Source: Heterodontus francisci (Eukaryota). From it: a DNA stretch of 64,000 nucleotides. Positions within the stretch are counted from its first letter, which is position 1, and each line of letters starts with the position of its first letter. The stretch lies in NCBI RefSeq assembly GCF_036365525.1, contig NC_090392.1:61443247-61507246 (forward strand), in the 5' to 3' direction. A program made the position numbers and the translations under genes. Under the pieces are notes generated by a model. The model did no database searches. It was not told the origin of the DNA and saw only the letters and a list, made by a program, of their open reading frames with translations. Shown piece after piece: positions 1-11,465 of the stretch.

Positions 1-124
1 TTTTCTCATTCTCAGTTTGCAGTTTTCCTGGCTGTCAGATTTTTGGTTGTTTTCCATGAAGCTGTGCAGCTATCCTGTAATCCCTACCAGTAGTAAAGGC
101 TCCCTGTTAAAATTATAGTTTCAC

Positions 125-243
125 AAAGGCTATGGGGATAGGGCAGGGGAATGGGACTGACTGGATTGCTCTGCAGAAATCCAGTATGGACTCAATGGGC
201 CGAATGGCCTCTTTCTGTGCCATAATGAGGCTATGACTCTATA
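125..243 (+). mobile_element. CR1/HER1-type LINE 3' tail remnant
   Basis: ggctatggggatagggcaggg...gggccgaatggcctctttctgtgcc...ctatgactctata matches the 3' ends of the longer CR1 copies in this window (e.g. 4840-4955). Confidence 0.7.
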
Positions 244-389
244 AGCAAAGCTTTCGGCTCAAGAAACCTCCATTTGCGCCCCTATATCCAAAACCATAAG
301 ATGAAGGAATGGTAACCAAAGGATGGGATCCTGTTTGAATTCTGCTGCTTGCTCAGGTAATGATGTTGAATTGACAACTTAATGTTTTT

Positions 390-785
390 GTTTGTTCTTT
401 CATGGGAGGTCGGCATCACTGACAAGATGAATATTGTTGCCCATCCCTAATTGCCTTTGAGAACTGAGTGGCTTGCAAGGCCATTTCAGAAGGCAGTGAA
501 GTGTCAACCACATTGCTGTGGGTCCGGAGTCACATGTAGGCCAGACCAGGTAAGGACAGCATTTCTTCCCTAAAGGACATTAATGAACAGATGGGTTTAT
601 ACGGCAATCGATGCTAGCTTCATGGCACCATTATGGAGACTAGCTTTCAATTTATGATTTTTTAAATTAATTAATTTTAATTCCACCAGCTGCCAGGTTG
701 GGAATTGGAGCTATGTCCCCAGGGCATTAGCCTGGGCCTCTGGGTTACTCATCCAGTGACGTTACCACGATGTCACCACCTCCCC
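390..785 (-). mobile_element. tRNA-derived SINE with CR1-like 3' tail
   Basis: Minus strand starts ggggaggtggtgacatcgtggtaacgtcactgg (A-box-like) with a degenerate B box. It ends in ...aattagggatgggcaaca...cccatgaa, the same tail as the LINE pieces at 1550-1690 and 16130-16435. Confidence 0.7.
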
Positions 786-1690
786 CAATTTAATAATTGA
801 TACCTTCACATTTTAGGACAGAGAAAACGTTGCAATAAAGGACGTCAATATTAAAAAAAACAAGTTTGCAGTCTGGTTCTCATGTATGTTGCTCCATTTA
901 AATTAGAATGCTTAACAAAAATCAAGGATAAAACTTTTATGTGGAAAAATCGCATGATTTTTTTTAATGGTTAAAATGGGAACCAAGCAGTTTGGCTGGC
1001 GCTTGCTGCTATAAATATGGTAATAGAGGGTTAGATGTGTTCCTTCATTTCTGCAGGGCAATTTTTATTCACACATGTACAGCAATTAGCTTTGTTGCAT
1101 AATCTATTTCAGAAGCCTGCATCAGTTGTTGACCCTAAACATTTTAAACACACACACAGTTGAAGTCTAGTTACTTTGTTAATGAATTTCAGAGTAATTA
1201 CCTAGAAATTACTTTCTGAATTTAGTGCCACAGGAAGTATGAAATGCTGAAAATCTTATCACATGATGTTTGGAAGTAAATTGGTGAGAAGCAGTTGTTA
1301 ATATCTCTACTTTGCATAATGTCTTCATGCCACAGAGAGTTATATCATGCTTACTAATACAAAATGGCAAGAAGTTTAAAGGCAAGGGACAGAATTTTTC
1401 CTGATTAAACATTGAGCAGAGAGAATTCCAGAACAACAATAATTAATGAGGAAGATAATTAGGAGGGTTTATGTCTCAATTCCTACTTTGTAATGTTGAA
1501 TTTGTATTGCTGAATTGCTTCCAGCTGAGCAGTTCTTTGTTTTTATTCGTTATGGGATATGGGCATTGCTGGCAAGTCCAGCATTTCTTGCTCATCCCTA
1601 ATTGCTCTTGAGAAATTGCTGGTGAGCTACCTTCTTGACCTGCTGCAGTCCATATGGTGTAGGTACAGCACAGTGCTGTTAGGTAAGGAG

Positions 1691-1829
1691 AAATGTTCCC
1701 TTTGAAATTTAGTTGTTATGGGCGTTCCATTTTTTTCAGTGTGTGGTCCCTTTAATTTTTTTGTGTGACCCTGTACACGTGTTATTTGTAATTTGTTATG
1801 CGTGGCCGTGCAGCCTAGTGCGAACATTG
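1691..1829. mobile_element. 139-bp hAT-type MITE
   Basis: Imperfect terminal inverted repeats (TIRs) aaatgttcc / cgaacattg. Flanked by an 8-bp TSD with one mismatch (gtaaggag 1683-1690, gtagggag 1830-1837). Confidence 0.65.
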
Positions 1830-1880
1830 GTAGGGAGCTCCGGCGTTTTGACCCAGCAATGATGAAAGAATAGCGATATA

Positions 1881-2820
1881 GAAAAATAGTCATACAGCAC
1901 AGAAACAGGCCCTTCAACCCATCGTGTCTGTGCCGGCCATCAAGCACCTACCTATTCTAATCCCTTTTTCCAGCACTTGGCCCGTAGCCTTGTGTGCTAT
2001 GGCGTTTCAAGCGCTCATTTAAATACTTCTTAAATGTTTTGATGGTTCCTGCCTCTACCACGTCTTCAGGCAGTACGTTCCAGATTCCAACCACCTTCTG
2101 GGTGAAATTTTTTTTCTCAAATCCCCTCTAAACCTCCTGCCCCTTACCTTAAATCTATGCCCCCTGGTTATTGACCCCTCCGCTAAGGGAAAAAGTTTCT
2201 TCCTATCTAACCTATCAATGCCCCTCATAATTTTGTATACCTCAATCTTGTCCCCCCTCAGCCTTCTCTGCTCTAAGGAAAACAACCCTAGCCTTTTCAG
2301 TCTCTCTTCATAGCTGAAACGCTCCAGCCCACGCAATATCCTGGTGAATCTCCTCTGCACCCTCTCCAGTGCAATCACATCTTTCCTATAGTGTGGCGCC
2401 CATAACTGTACATAGTACTCCAGCTGTGGCCTAACTAGCACTTTATACAGCTCCATCCCTGCTCTTATATTCTATGCCTTGGCTAATAAAGGCAAGTATC
2501 GCATATGCCTTCCTAACCACCTTATCTACCTGTGCTGCTGCCTTCAGTGATCCATGGACAAGTACACCAAGGTGGTCTGACCTTCTGTACTTCCCTTGCC
2601 TTGTTAGTCCTCCCAAAATGCCTCACCTCACACTTCTCAGGATTAAATTCCACTTGCCACTGCCACGCCCATTTTACCAGCCCATCTATATCATCCTATA
2701 ATCTAAGGCTTTCCTCCTCACTATTTACGACACCACCAATTTTCATGTCATCTGCGAACTTACTGATCATACCTCCTATATTCACGTCTAAATCATTAAT
2801 GTACACTACAAACAGCAAAC
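1881..2820 (-). mobile_element. CR1/HER1 LINE, 5'-truncated with internal deletions
   Basis: LLFVVYINDLD...ISKFADDMKIGG (RT motif) and LYKVLVRPQLEY...WAPHYRKD...TRGH C-terminus. Possible gatata TSD (1875-1880 / 2822-2827). Confidence 0.9.
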
Positions 2821-3299
2821 AGATATATTTCCAAGTCAGGATGACATATGACTTGGAGGAAATCTTGTGGGTGGTGATGTTCCCATGTGTCTGCTGCCTT
2901 TGTTCTTCTATGTGGTAGAGGTTCCGGGTTTGGGAGGTGCTATCACAGAAGCCTTGGTGAGTTGTTGCAGGGCATCTTGTAGATGGTGCATACTGCAGCC
3001 ACAGTGCACTGATGGTGGAGGAAGTGAATGCTGAACATGGTGGATGGTGGGCCAGTAAAGCAGGCAGCTTTGTCCTGGATGGTGTCGATTTTTTTGGAGT
3101 GTTGTTGGAGTTGTACTTATCCAGGCAAGTGGACAGTATTCCATCACACTCCTGACATGTGCCTTGTAGATGGTGGAAAGTCTTTCTGCAATATGTTAGT
3201 TTATAGTACATTAGAATCTGCCTGATTTCAACCAAAGGGTAGATTTCAGGACACCACTGTCATCACTACTATCCCATTTTCTCCCTCTTTATATTCCAT

Positions 3300-4955
3300 T
3301 GCAGATATTGCAGTTAAAGAGGAGGAGTGTGAAATATTAGATACGGTAAGCATAATGAGAGAGGAAGTACTAGGAGGTCTGACATCCTTGAAAGTGAATA
3401 AATTGCCAGGGCTGGATGGATTGTATCCCAGGTTGTTAAAGGAAGCCATGGAGGAAATAGCAGATGCGCTGAGGATCATCTTCAAATCCTCACTGGATAT
3501 GGGCGAGGTGCCAGAGGATTGGAGGTCTGCGAATGTTATACCATTATTTAAAAAGGGTGCAAGGGATAGGCCTAATAATTATAGGCCGGTCAGTCTGACC
3601 TCGATGGTGGGTAAATTATTAGAATCAATTCTGAGACTTAGAAAGGCCCGGATTAATCAGGGATAGTCAGCATGGATTTGTTAAGGGAAGGTCATGTCTT
3701 ACTAACTTGATTGAGTTTTTTGAGGAAGTAACAAGGAGGATTGATGAGGGCAATGCAGTGGATATGGTCTACATGGATTTTAGTAAGGCATTTGACAAGG
3801 TCCCACATGGCAGACTGGTCAATAAAATGAAAGCCCATGGGATACAGGGGAATGTGGCAGGTTGGATCCAGAATTGACTCAGTGACAGGAAACAAAGGGT
3901 AGTAGTTGACAGAAGTTTTTGTGAATGGAACGCTGTTTCCAGTGCCGTTCCACAGGGCTCAATGTTGGGTCCCTTGCTGTTTGTGGTATATATTAATGAT
4001 TTGGACTTAAATGAAGAGGCATGATTGGGAAATTTGCTGATGACACAAAAATTGGCCGTGTAGTTGATAGGGAAGAGGATAGCTGTAGACTCCAGAATAA
4101 TATCAATGGTTTGGTTGAGTGGGCAGAAAAATGGCAAAATGGAATTCAATCCAGAGAAGTGTGAGGTAATGCATTTTGGGAGGGCAAACAAAGTGAGGGA
4201 ATACACAATAATTGGGAGGATATTGAGAGGGGGAGAAGAAGTGAGAGTCCTTGGAGTGCATGTACACAGGTCCCTGAAGGTGGCAGGACAGGTAGATAGA
4301 GTAGTGAAGAAGTCATAAAGAATGCTTTCTTTTATTGCCTGAGGTATAGAATACAAAAGCAGGAATGTAATGTTGGAACTGTATAAAATGCTGGTTAGGC
4401 TGCAGCTGGAGCATTGCATACAGTTCTGGTCACCACATTACAGGAAGGACATAATTGCTCTGGAGATAGTGCAAAGGAGATTTACAAGAATGTTGCCAGG
4501 GCTTGAAAGTTGCAGCTATGAGGAAAGATTGAATAAGCTAGGGTTGTTTTCCTTAAAACAGAGGAGGCTGAGAGGTGACTTAATGGAGGTGTACAAAATT
4601 ATAAGGGGCCTAGATAGGGTAGACAGGAAGGAACTATTTCCCGTAGCAGAGAGGGCAATAACCAGGGGGCACAGATTTAAGGTGATTGGTAGAAGGATTA
4701 GAGAGGACATGAAAAACTTTTTCACACAAAGGGCAATGGGTGTCTGGAATTCACTGCCAGGAATGGTGGTGGTGGCAGAAACACTCAACTCATTTAAAAG
4801 GTACTTGGACATGCACCTGAACTGCTGTAACCTGCAAGGCTATGGACCAGGTCCTGGAAGGTGGGATTAAATTGGGTGACTAGTTTTTTCAGCCAGCACA
4901 GACACGATGGGCTGAATGGCCTCCTTCTATGCCATAATTTTTCTGTGGTTCTATA
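3300..4955 (+). mobile_element. CR1 LINE ORF2 (RT) fragment, frameshifted, with 3' UTR
   Basis: ORFs 3355-3666, 4064-4318 and 4370-4870 give VPEDWRSANVIPLFKKG, NYRPVSLTS, FNPEKCEVMHFG and WSPHYRKD; DFSKAFD and FADD motifs are readable in the DNA between them. Confidence 0.95.
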
Positions 4956-4984
4956 ATTCCAGCGGTATCCTAAGTAATACCCTT

Positions 4985-5295
4985 GTCTTCACCAACCTCC
5001 ATTTGGTTCCTGTCTCCTAATGCATTGATATCACAATCCTTGTCCTTGTTTACAAATCCCTCCATGGCCTTATTCTACCCAGCCTCTGTCAATATGTCCC
5101 CCACTTCATGCCTCCCCACTTCTGACTCCGGTTTATTGTAGGTTTTCCTCTGCTTCACCACTGCAGACAAACTCTACAGCCAGCTCATCCTTGCACATTG
5201 GAATTCTTTTTCCAAACCCCTCTATATCCCCCCGCTTCCCTCAAGAGTTTTCTTAAGATCTATGTCTTCAACTGCACATATGGTTACTTACCCTC
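4985..5295 (+). mobile_element. L2-clade LINE 3' remnant
   Basis: Degenerate LH(W)xPV...I(D)...ILVLVYKSLHGL motif followed by ...tggaattct...ttcctcaagagttttcttaagatctatgtcttc, typical of L2 ORF2 ends. Confidence 0.6.
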
Positions 5296-6458
5296 ATTTT
5301 TCTCCCAATGCCTTTCTGGGTCTGATCCCCAGCTTGTTTTGCTTTGTCAAACATGTTATCAGTGTGAGTTGTTGATTATTACTGTTTTTGTCCTGAGTCA
5401 TATTGTGCCAAATCAATCCCTTTATGCTGTGAGGTGCATTTAGCAACAACAGAACTGCACCAGTTCATCTCCATAGATACATCGTTACTATTTCATCTTC
5501 ATGGCCAGGACTTTCCTTGATGTTGGAGGAAGATCTTTAAAGGCCAGTAGTGGACTGTATGACTGGGTTGACACCCATCTGTTGTAACTATTCTGGGGAG
5601 GGAAATTTAAACTCAAAATAAGATGAACAGAATTCACAAATACGAACATGTCCAGGTCACTTATTTGTCATTTTCCACTCCTACCATTAATATGCTTCAT
5701 TTTCTACAGCAGGACACAATGCACCTCACCTTGGTACAACACAATCTGCTTCATCCTGGCAGAAGGCCAGAGCCAAGAGGAATCTATGACTGCAACACCT
5801 GATGGAGTCCTGAGGGCATTGAGTAAACACCCTTTCGGTGGAGGTCCAATACAGTAGGTCTCGATAGTCCCTAATTTTTCCTCCTGGCTGATCTCCTTCA
5901 CACTGGCAGTCTCCTTGCTCTTCTCTGCAACCTGCCGAGTGATTCGATGTTCCCTTACAACAGCACTGCCCATAGATGCTGGATATGAGAAGTGAGGATT
6001 TAAAGCTCCTGTGCAAAGCAGTTAGTAGCTTTATTAGTCTATGCAAAAGGGACCAAGAACAAGAACTGCTTTATTTCCTGAACTGCAGGTTTGCTGCTGC
6101 CCATGGAAACCTAATGGAAAAGAAGCTTTGGACAGACCTTTTGGGGATGAGGGCCTTGAAATGTTTTTGATTCTATGTCCCTGACCAATTTAAAGACCCT
6201 TCTTGTCATTTATTTCCACGATCACTTAGACTTTTACAAGGTTTCATACCAGTTGTCATTTTCTTTCGTCCCCAGCTCCCTTTAATGGAACTAGTAGGAT
6301 CCTCTGAGCTGCCATGTTTGGAAGAAGAGGGGGACCTACAAAGGGATGTCAGGCAAGCCAGGTGGCATGACAGGTGTTCCATTTCGTCACTTTGGCAGAT
6401 GCATTGAGATGCTTTGTCAGCAGTTGTGCTGGTGGAGCCCGCTCTTCCAGCAGACCAA

Positions 6459-7238
6459 GGACTGGATTTTAAAGCCTCTCTGATGCCAGGAATGGTGGCT
6501 GGGGTCAATGAGGATTGGAGCAGAGGAGGCCCACCACCAACCCCGACGGCGGCAACAAAGCCTCGTGGTGGCCGCCCTGCTGCTCGGTGACTGGACCTGC
6601 ATTAAAATATCTTAATACCTACTTACCATGTAGCCGCAGCGATTCTGTCGGCAGGTTCCAACCTTTATTCTGGAAACCGGCAATGCTGTGCCTTCGAATT
6701 TCCATTCAGGGAAACGAGGTGAGACACCTGTGGGGGGAGAGAGAAGGAGGTGATTTTCTCTCTGCGGGGCGGGGGTTACAATGCTCCGGATTGGTTCGGG
6801 GGTGGGTGGGGGGGGGGTGATGGGAAGGGGTAAAGGGCAAAGGTTCTGAACTTTGTGTGGGGGGCGGAGGTCAAATTTTCACGTTAGGTATTCCGGGGGG
6901 CGAAAGAGCAGGAATAATTTGTTATGCTATTTTTGGAGGGGGCGGTGGGAGAGGACATGGAAAACTGATTTCATTAATTTTTAAAATCTTAATATCCAAT
7001 GTACCTTGAAATTTTAAATCCACATTGAGGGCTGTAAGCCCTTTAAAAATGGCGCCAGCGCCTGTGCATTGGCGCTGGACGTCGTCATCTGCAGCGGCTT
7101 GGCCGCCCCCTGCACATCATCGCGGGGAGCCACCACATTTGAAATCGCAGTGGCTCTGCGACGTGGGTCCTGTGTGTGCGGGCCACATTTTTCTATGCCC
7201 GCCGCCTATTTCAGCGGCGGACTCTTAAAATGCAGCCC
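6459..7238. mobile_element. GC-rich Harbinger-type MITE
   Basis: Termini ggactggattttaa / ttaaaatgcagccc. Internally homologous to 27584-28316 (shared gccctttaaaaatggcg block). Confidence 0.7.
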
Positions 7239-7311
7239 ATAGCGTCATCACTGCCAGATGTGAATGTTTCATTAACATTAGCGGGATGTTTCTTCCGAAG
7301 TTCCTTAATCA

Positions 7312-7875
7312 TGTGAGAAACGTAGCCCACTTAATAATAATTTACACCAAGTCAAACTCTGAAGAAGTAAGTTTATTTAACGTTCTTGCAAGATCGGGTG
7401 TCCTACAAGCAGGCACACCGATCAACATATTCAGTTCATGTTTATACAATACAAATCCATTTGTCCACGCCTTTATTTTACATTATTGGTTATAACGTAT
7501 TATGACACTAACCTATCCTATGGTTGCTACAGTCTCCTCCTCTGTTTACTTCTCCCCCTACTCTAACTTTCTAGCCCCTAACTCTTGTTTTTGTTTTACC
7601 TTATTTGGCTCTCCATTGTGTGTTTTAACTTGCAGCTGTCAGCCTTTATCTTAGTGGGGCAGTTTCTTATTCACTACATCCTTTGTTCTAACTCTTGCTG
7701 TTTCTCTTTTCTCTGCCTAAGCACAATTTTTAACTGCTGTACTGCCTCAAGGTCTTTACTTACATACCCTTATCAGTTCTCTTTTTCAGTGATTTCATTA
7801 TGTTGTGTAGAAATGACTTCTTGGTAATTTTCCACAAGCTGTAGAAACAACATTTCAGTATTTTTTATTCTCACA
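7312..7875 (-). repeat. ERV 3' LTR
   Basis: Direct repeat of 11466-12029 with tgtgagaa...ttctcaca inverted termini; preceded on the minus strand by the PPT. Confidence 0.97.
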
Positions 7876-7892
7876 ATTCCCCTTTTTCTTTT
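7876..7892 (-). promoter_or_regulatory. Polypurine tract (PPT)
   Basis: Minus strand aaaagaaaaaggggaat directly abuts the TG of the 3' LTR. Confidence 0.9.
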
Positions 7893-7959
7893 ACTTAATC
7901 CTTGTTGTTTTCTACATACTGAGGAGGGGTCTCATATGTCCTCTCAAATCCTCTGAGCA

Positions 7960-8944
7960 TTATCTCAGCCGCCTTCTCAATGTCTGTGCTCCCGTTGATA
8001 CTATCCATTCTGTCATTTGGTTTCGGGCCTTGAATTCATCAGGTACCCTTCTTGGGACCCCTATGGAATCCAAGTACACCTGGTCGTCAAAAGAGTTCAC
8101 TATCGCTTCCCTTTTACCCCTTTCCCTCATTATTATCTTTTGTTTCTCAAATGCCAAGGTGAATGGTATTGCCAATTGAACAATTGCGCATGTCCCCTTC
8201 CACTGGGAGGGTAGGGTCTGTCTCAGGATTTTTCCTCCGCAATACCACCATAAATCCGCTCTGGGGACATTCAATGATGAGTAGTTCCCTCCCCTGACTC
8301 TTCCAGTTACGTCCTCAGTCTCTATGCATGACTTCAACTCTCCCATATTTCTGGTTAGCTCCACACCGTGTCGACTTATACATGATGTGTGATTCACACT
8401 GGTGGCTAAAAATGAAGGGGGAATCCTTGAATCTTTTTTCTCTGGAGGAGGGAACATTAATGACAAGGATATGCAAGTTTGAATACCCCAAGCCGTCTTA
8501 TCCTGATATAGGGCTAACATGCATTCCATGCCCTTTCAGTCACGCTCCCACCCCAGCGGGAAAGGTACTACTTGAGCTATCGGTCTACCAGATGCACAAG
8601 CATAGCAATTGTTTTTGTTCAAACTTTTTACAGTATATTTTATCCATTCTACCCAGGCATTTGTGTCCCCGCAACCGGTTTCTATCTCAATTGTCTTTCT
8701 CAAGTCTTTTACCTCTATTATTTTTACTATGTTAGGATCGTTATGAGAGGTCCTTTTTAGTTTGTTAGATGGTTTACCAGTCTTATCTATTGTTACCTGA
8801 AAACAACATTTTAATTCACCTTTCTTTTTCCCTTCTCTAACTGTTACTCCAAACACCTTGTTGTCTAATTGGAAGTGGGTAGTTTTGATTTGTCGTTCTT
8901 CTGTTACTGAGCCATTCTGATGGCGTTGGATGGATATTCCACCA
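7960..8944 (-). pseudogene. env: ERV env remnant (SU and start of TM; deletions and an in-frame stop)
   Basis: NAWVEWIKY...CYAC (CxxC), PRADLWWYCGG...WKGTCAIVQL, furin site RGKR, then YLDSIGVPRRVPDEFKARNQ. The rest of TM is missing. Confidence 0.9.
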
Positions 8945-9272
8945 GTCGTTTGTAGTTTAGTCTCTTTCCACAATTTCACCAGAACCCAATCTCCTGGTTG
9001 GATCTTGTGCACTGCAAATTCGAGAGGTGGGGTCTGTGCTAACAGGCCTTGCTTCCTGAGGAATGACAATGAGGAAGACAATGCCAGTATATAGTTCTTT
9101 AGAAACGAATCTTTAGTTTCTAAGGTTGGCATCTCACCCCTGGTTCCCATATAGGGTAATCCGAATAGCATTTCATAGGGGACAGTCCCACATCTTTTCT
9201 AGGGGCTGTCCGAATTCTGAGTATCACTATAGGTAAACATTTGGTCCAGGGTAACCTTGTTTCAAGTACCAG
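8945..9272 (-). pseudogene. pol: ERV pol remnant: integrase C-terminal part only
   Basis: LPWTKCLPIVILRIRTAPRKDVGLSPYEMLFGLPY...HKIQPGDWVLVK; joined in frame to env sequence within ORF 8536-9171. Confidence 0.9.
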
Positions 9273-9585
9273 TGCCATGCCTTTCTGCTCACTTCCACAT
9301 TCCCCCCTTTTATCATTCTATGATAACCTTCTCTCTACTGATCAACTTATATATGATTATATATATTCACTAGGATTATGTGGATCTATTTACTCAAATA
9401 ACATTTAAACAGTATAATATAAAAGCAAATATAAAAAACTCAGCAACTGCTGAATCAGAAGGGTAGGCTGAGCCACCCTCTAACAAGGGGGCGTGTATTA
9501 GCCTGGTCGGTATGTTTTTCATTCTAACTTTCCCCTAGGATTGTCATGTCTGGGTGATAAGAAGAGTGCTGTTGAAGTACAATGT

Positions 9586-9610
9586 CTCTCTCTCTCTCTC
9601 TCTCTCTCTC
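9586..9610. repeat. (CT)n microsatellite inside the ERV
   Basis: About 12 CT units, seen directly. Confidence 0.95.
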
Positions 9611-10049
9611 GGTACCAGCTGCAAGGCCAAGTTGCCTCTGCAGCCCTGAAGTTATGAAGTCATTTCTGATGAGCTGTCCCTCCCTGCAGAACTGAAGCTA
9701 GCTTGTTAGCAATACATGACTGATTAATTGTTTCATCTTAAATGTTCCCATGTAATTCTGTTCTTAAAAATTCTAAAATCTAAATTCTGTTCTCACAGTT
9801 CCCCCTTTGATTCTTCAAAACATTTTAAAAAATCAATCCCTTGATCCCACCTAGGTGCCTTTAATGGTCTCTATTTGTCTAGAAACAGCCTTCAACACCC
9901 AGAGGGGTCGCACTCAATACGTCGCCTGCTTGTGCCATAAGAGGGGCCTGCGGTAACTCTGTAAAGGCATAAGTTTTGCAGGGGCTTCAACTACTTGTTT
10001 ACAACATAAAAGGGTGGAACACTTGTACAATTACCATCTCATTTAAGCT

Positions 10050-10844
10050 TCACTGTTTTTCTCTGGCTTCATCTCTATTAACGAAAACTTTCTGCGCTTC
10101 TCTGAGCAGTTCGTCCAATTGTTTTTCACTCCATCCATCTATCTTTTGAATTTTCTTTTGGATGTCTGGCCATGATTTTGTTACAAAATGGACTCGAAGG
10201 AGTCCTTGGGCAACTGGGTCTTCTGGATCTAAACCTGAATATTTCCTCATTGTGTCTCGTAATCTCTGTAAGAAATTTGAGGGAGTCTCATCCTTTTCCT
10301 GTCTTACTTCGAAGGCCTTATTCAAATTTTGTGATTTCGGGACAGATTCCCTAATGCCTTTTACTATCAGATTTCTAAGGTCTTTCATCTGGCCCCTATG
10401 GCCGACGTTATTGTTCTGCCACTGCGGGTCTTGATTAGGGTATTTTTGTTCGGCTGGTTCGTTTCCCCCTACCCCGGGAGGGTTTTCTCTTTCCCAAATT
10501 TTCAGGGGTCTTCTATGAGGACTTTCATTTCCTTTTTAAACACTCTTACCTCTCCTGACGTTAATGGTGCACTAACAAATCCAATTTCATTATTTCCTAT
10601 TGGTACCTCTCTCAAGGGCATCATTGTCTTAGGAGACTCTCTGTCTCTATCGTCGTCGTTATCGTCCGGTTTAGGGGTGGTCCTTCTTGCTGTCCTTAGA
10701 TCATATTTGGGTCTTTTTCTCCTTGGTTTTTGTCTCTAAATCCCAATACTCCAACATCCGTCCCAATGGACTTTCTGGAGGGATGTTGCCGGCAGACTTT
10801 CCTTGTCTCCTATCGTCTTCCTTTTTAGACGATTTATTTCCCAT
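10050..10844 (-). pseudogene. gag: ERV gag remnant (MA start plus CA pieces)
   Basis: ATG at 10844 gives MGNKSS (myristoylation-type MGxxxS) ...IPPESPLGRMLEYW; then PLREVP...FVSAPLTSGEVRVFKKEM; then the major-homology-region-like VRQEKDETPSNFLQRL and FVTKSWPDIQKK. Deletions and stops are present. Confidence 0.92.
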
Positions 10845-10852
10845 GGTCTACA

Positions 10853-11142
10853 GTATTCACCTCCTAACTGAAGGGTCTTGTACCCTACGGTATTCACCTC
10901 CTAGCTGAAGGGTCTTATACCTTACGGTATTCACCTCCTAACTGAAGGGTCTTATACCATACGGTACTCACCTCCTAGCTGAAGGGTCTTATACCCCACA
11001 GTATTCACCTCCTAACTGAAGGGTCTTGTACCCTACGGTATTCACCTCCTAGCTGAAGGGTCTTATACCATACAGTACTCACCTCCTAGCTGAAGGGTCT
11101 TATACCATACAGTACTCACCTCCTAGCTGAAGGGTCTTATAC
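10853..11142. repeat. 37-bp tandem repeat, about 7.8 copies, in the ERV 5' leader
   Basis: Unit gtaYtcacctcctaRctgaagggtcttRtaccHYacR starts at 10853, 10890, 10927, 10964, 11001, 11038, 11075 and 11112. Confidence 0.97.
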
Positions 11143-11445
11143 TGCAGGACTGTAAAATTCACTCCTCAAGGACTTTTAGTACTTAGAAGGTCTTATCCTA
11201 CAGTTAACCATAAGTCACCAAGATAATACTTAAAAGTCGTTTTTCCTACCTTGGTCCGTGCACGGAGTTGCCTGACTTCACGTGTGTACCTGCCGCACTA
11301 AATACTCGTTCAGAGTGACTTCCCTAGGATCGTTTTCAGTCGATTACTCGGGTCCGCTACCGACAAGAGAAACGAGACCGTTTTTAAATTAACGGGACAT
11401 GTCTTCTCATCTGTCGTCGGCCGCGGTCCCGGCAATGATGAAGAG

Positions 11446-11463
11446 ATCCTGGACGAGCCCCCA
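11446..11463 (-). promoter_or_regulatory. Primer-binding site, tRNA-Pro
   Basis: Minus strand TGGGGGCTCGTCCAGGAT, 2 nt after the 5' LTR; 17/18 match to the canonical tRNA-Pro PBS TGGGGGCTCGTCCGGGAT. Confidence 0.95.
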
Positions 11464-11465
11464 GT

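Larger units (their letters stand above)
1550..3180 (-). mobile_element. Old CR1-clade LINE 3' portion, split by two later insertions (pieces about 1550-1690, 1830-1880, 2822-3180)
   Basis: Degenerate ORF2 C-terminus (IYKAHVRSVMEYCPLAW...IQDKAAC...VAAVCTIYKM). The sequence is collinear once the inserts are removed and is homologous to 16130-16435. Confidence 0.75.

Noticed and set aside
7286-7827. Duplicated 60-80 aa ORFs (also 11467-11981)
   Set aside because: Chance antisense ORFs inside the LTRs, duplicated only because the LTRs are.
7960-8944. Co-opted syncytin-like env gene
   Set aside because: No signal peptide, an in-frame stop, deletions, and loss of the fusion and membrane-anchor regions.
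10853-11142. 37-bp repeats as a CRISPR-like array
   Set aside because: Units are contiguous with no unique spacers, there are no cas genes, and the context is a retroviral leader in vertebrate DNA.
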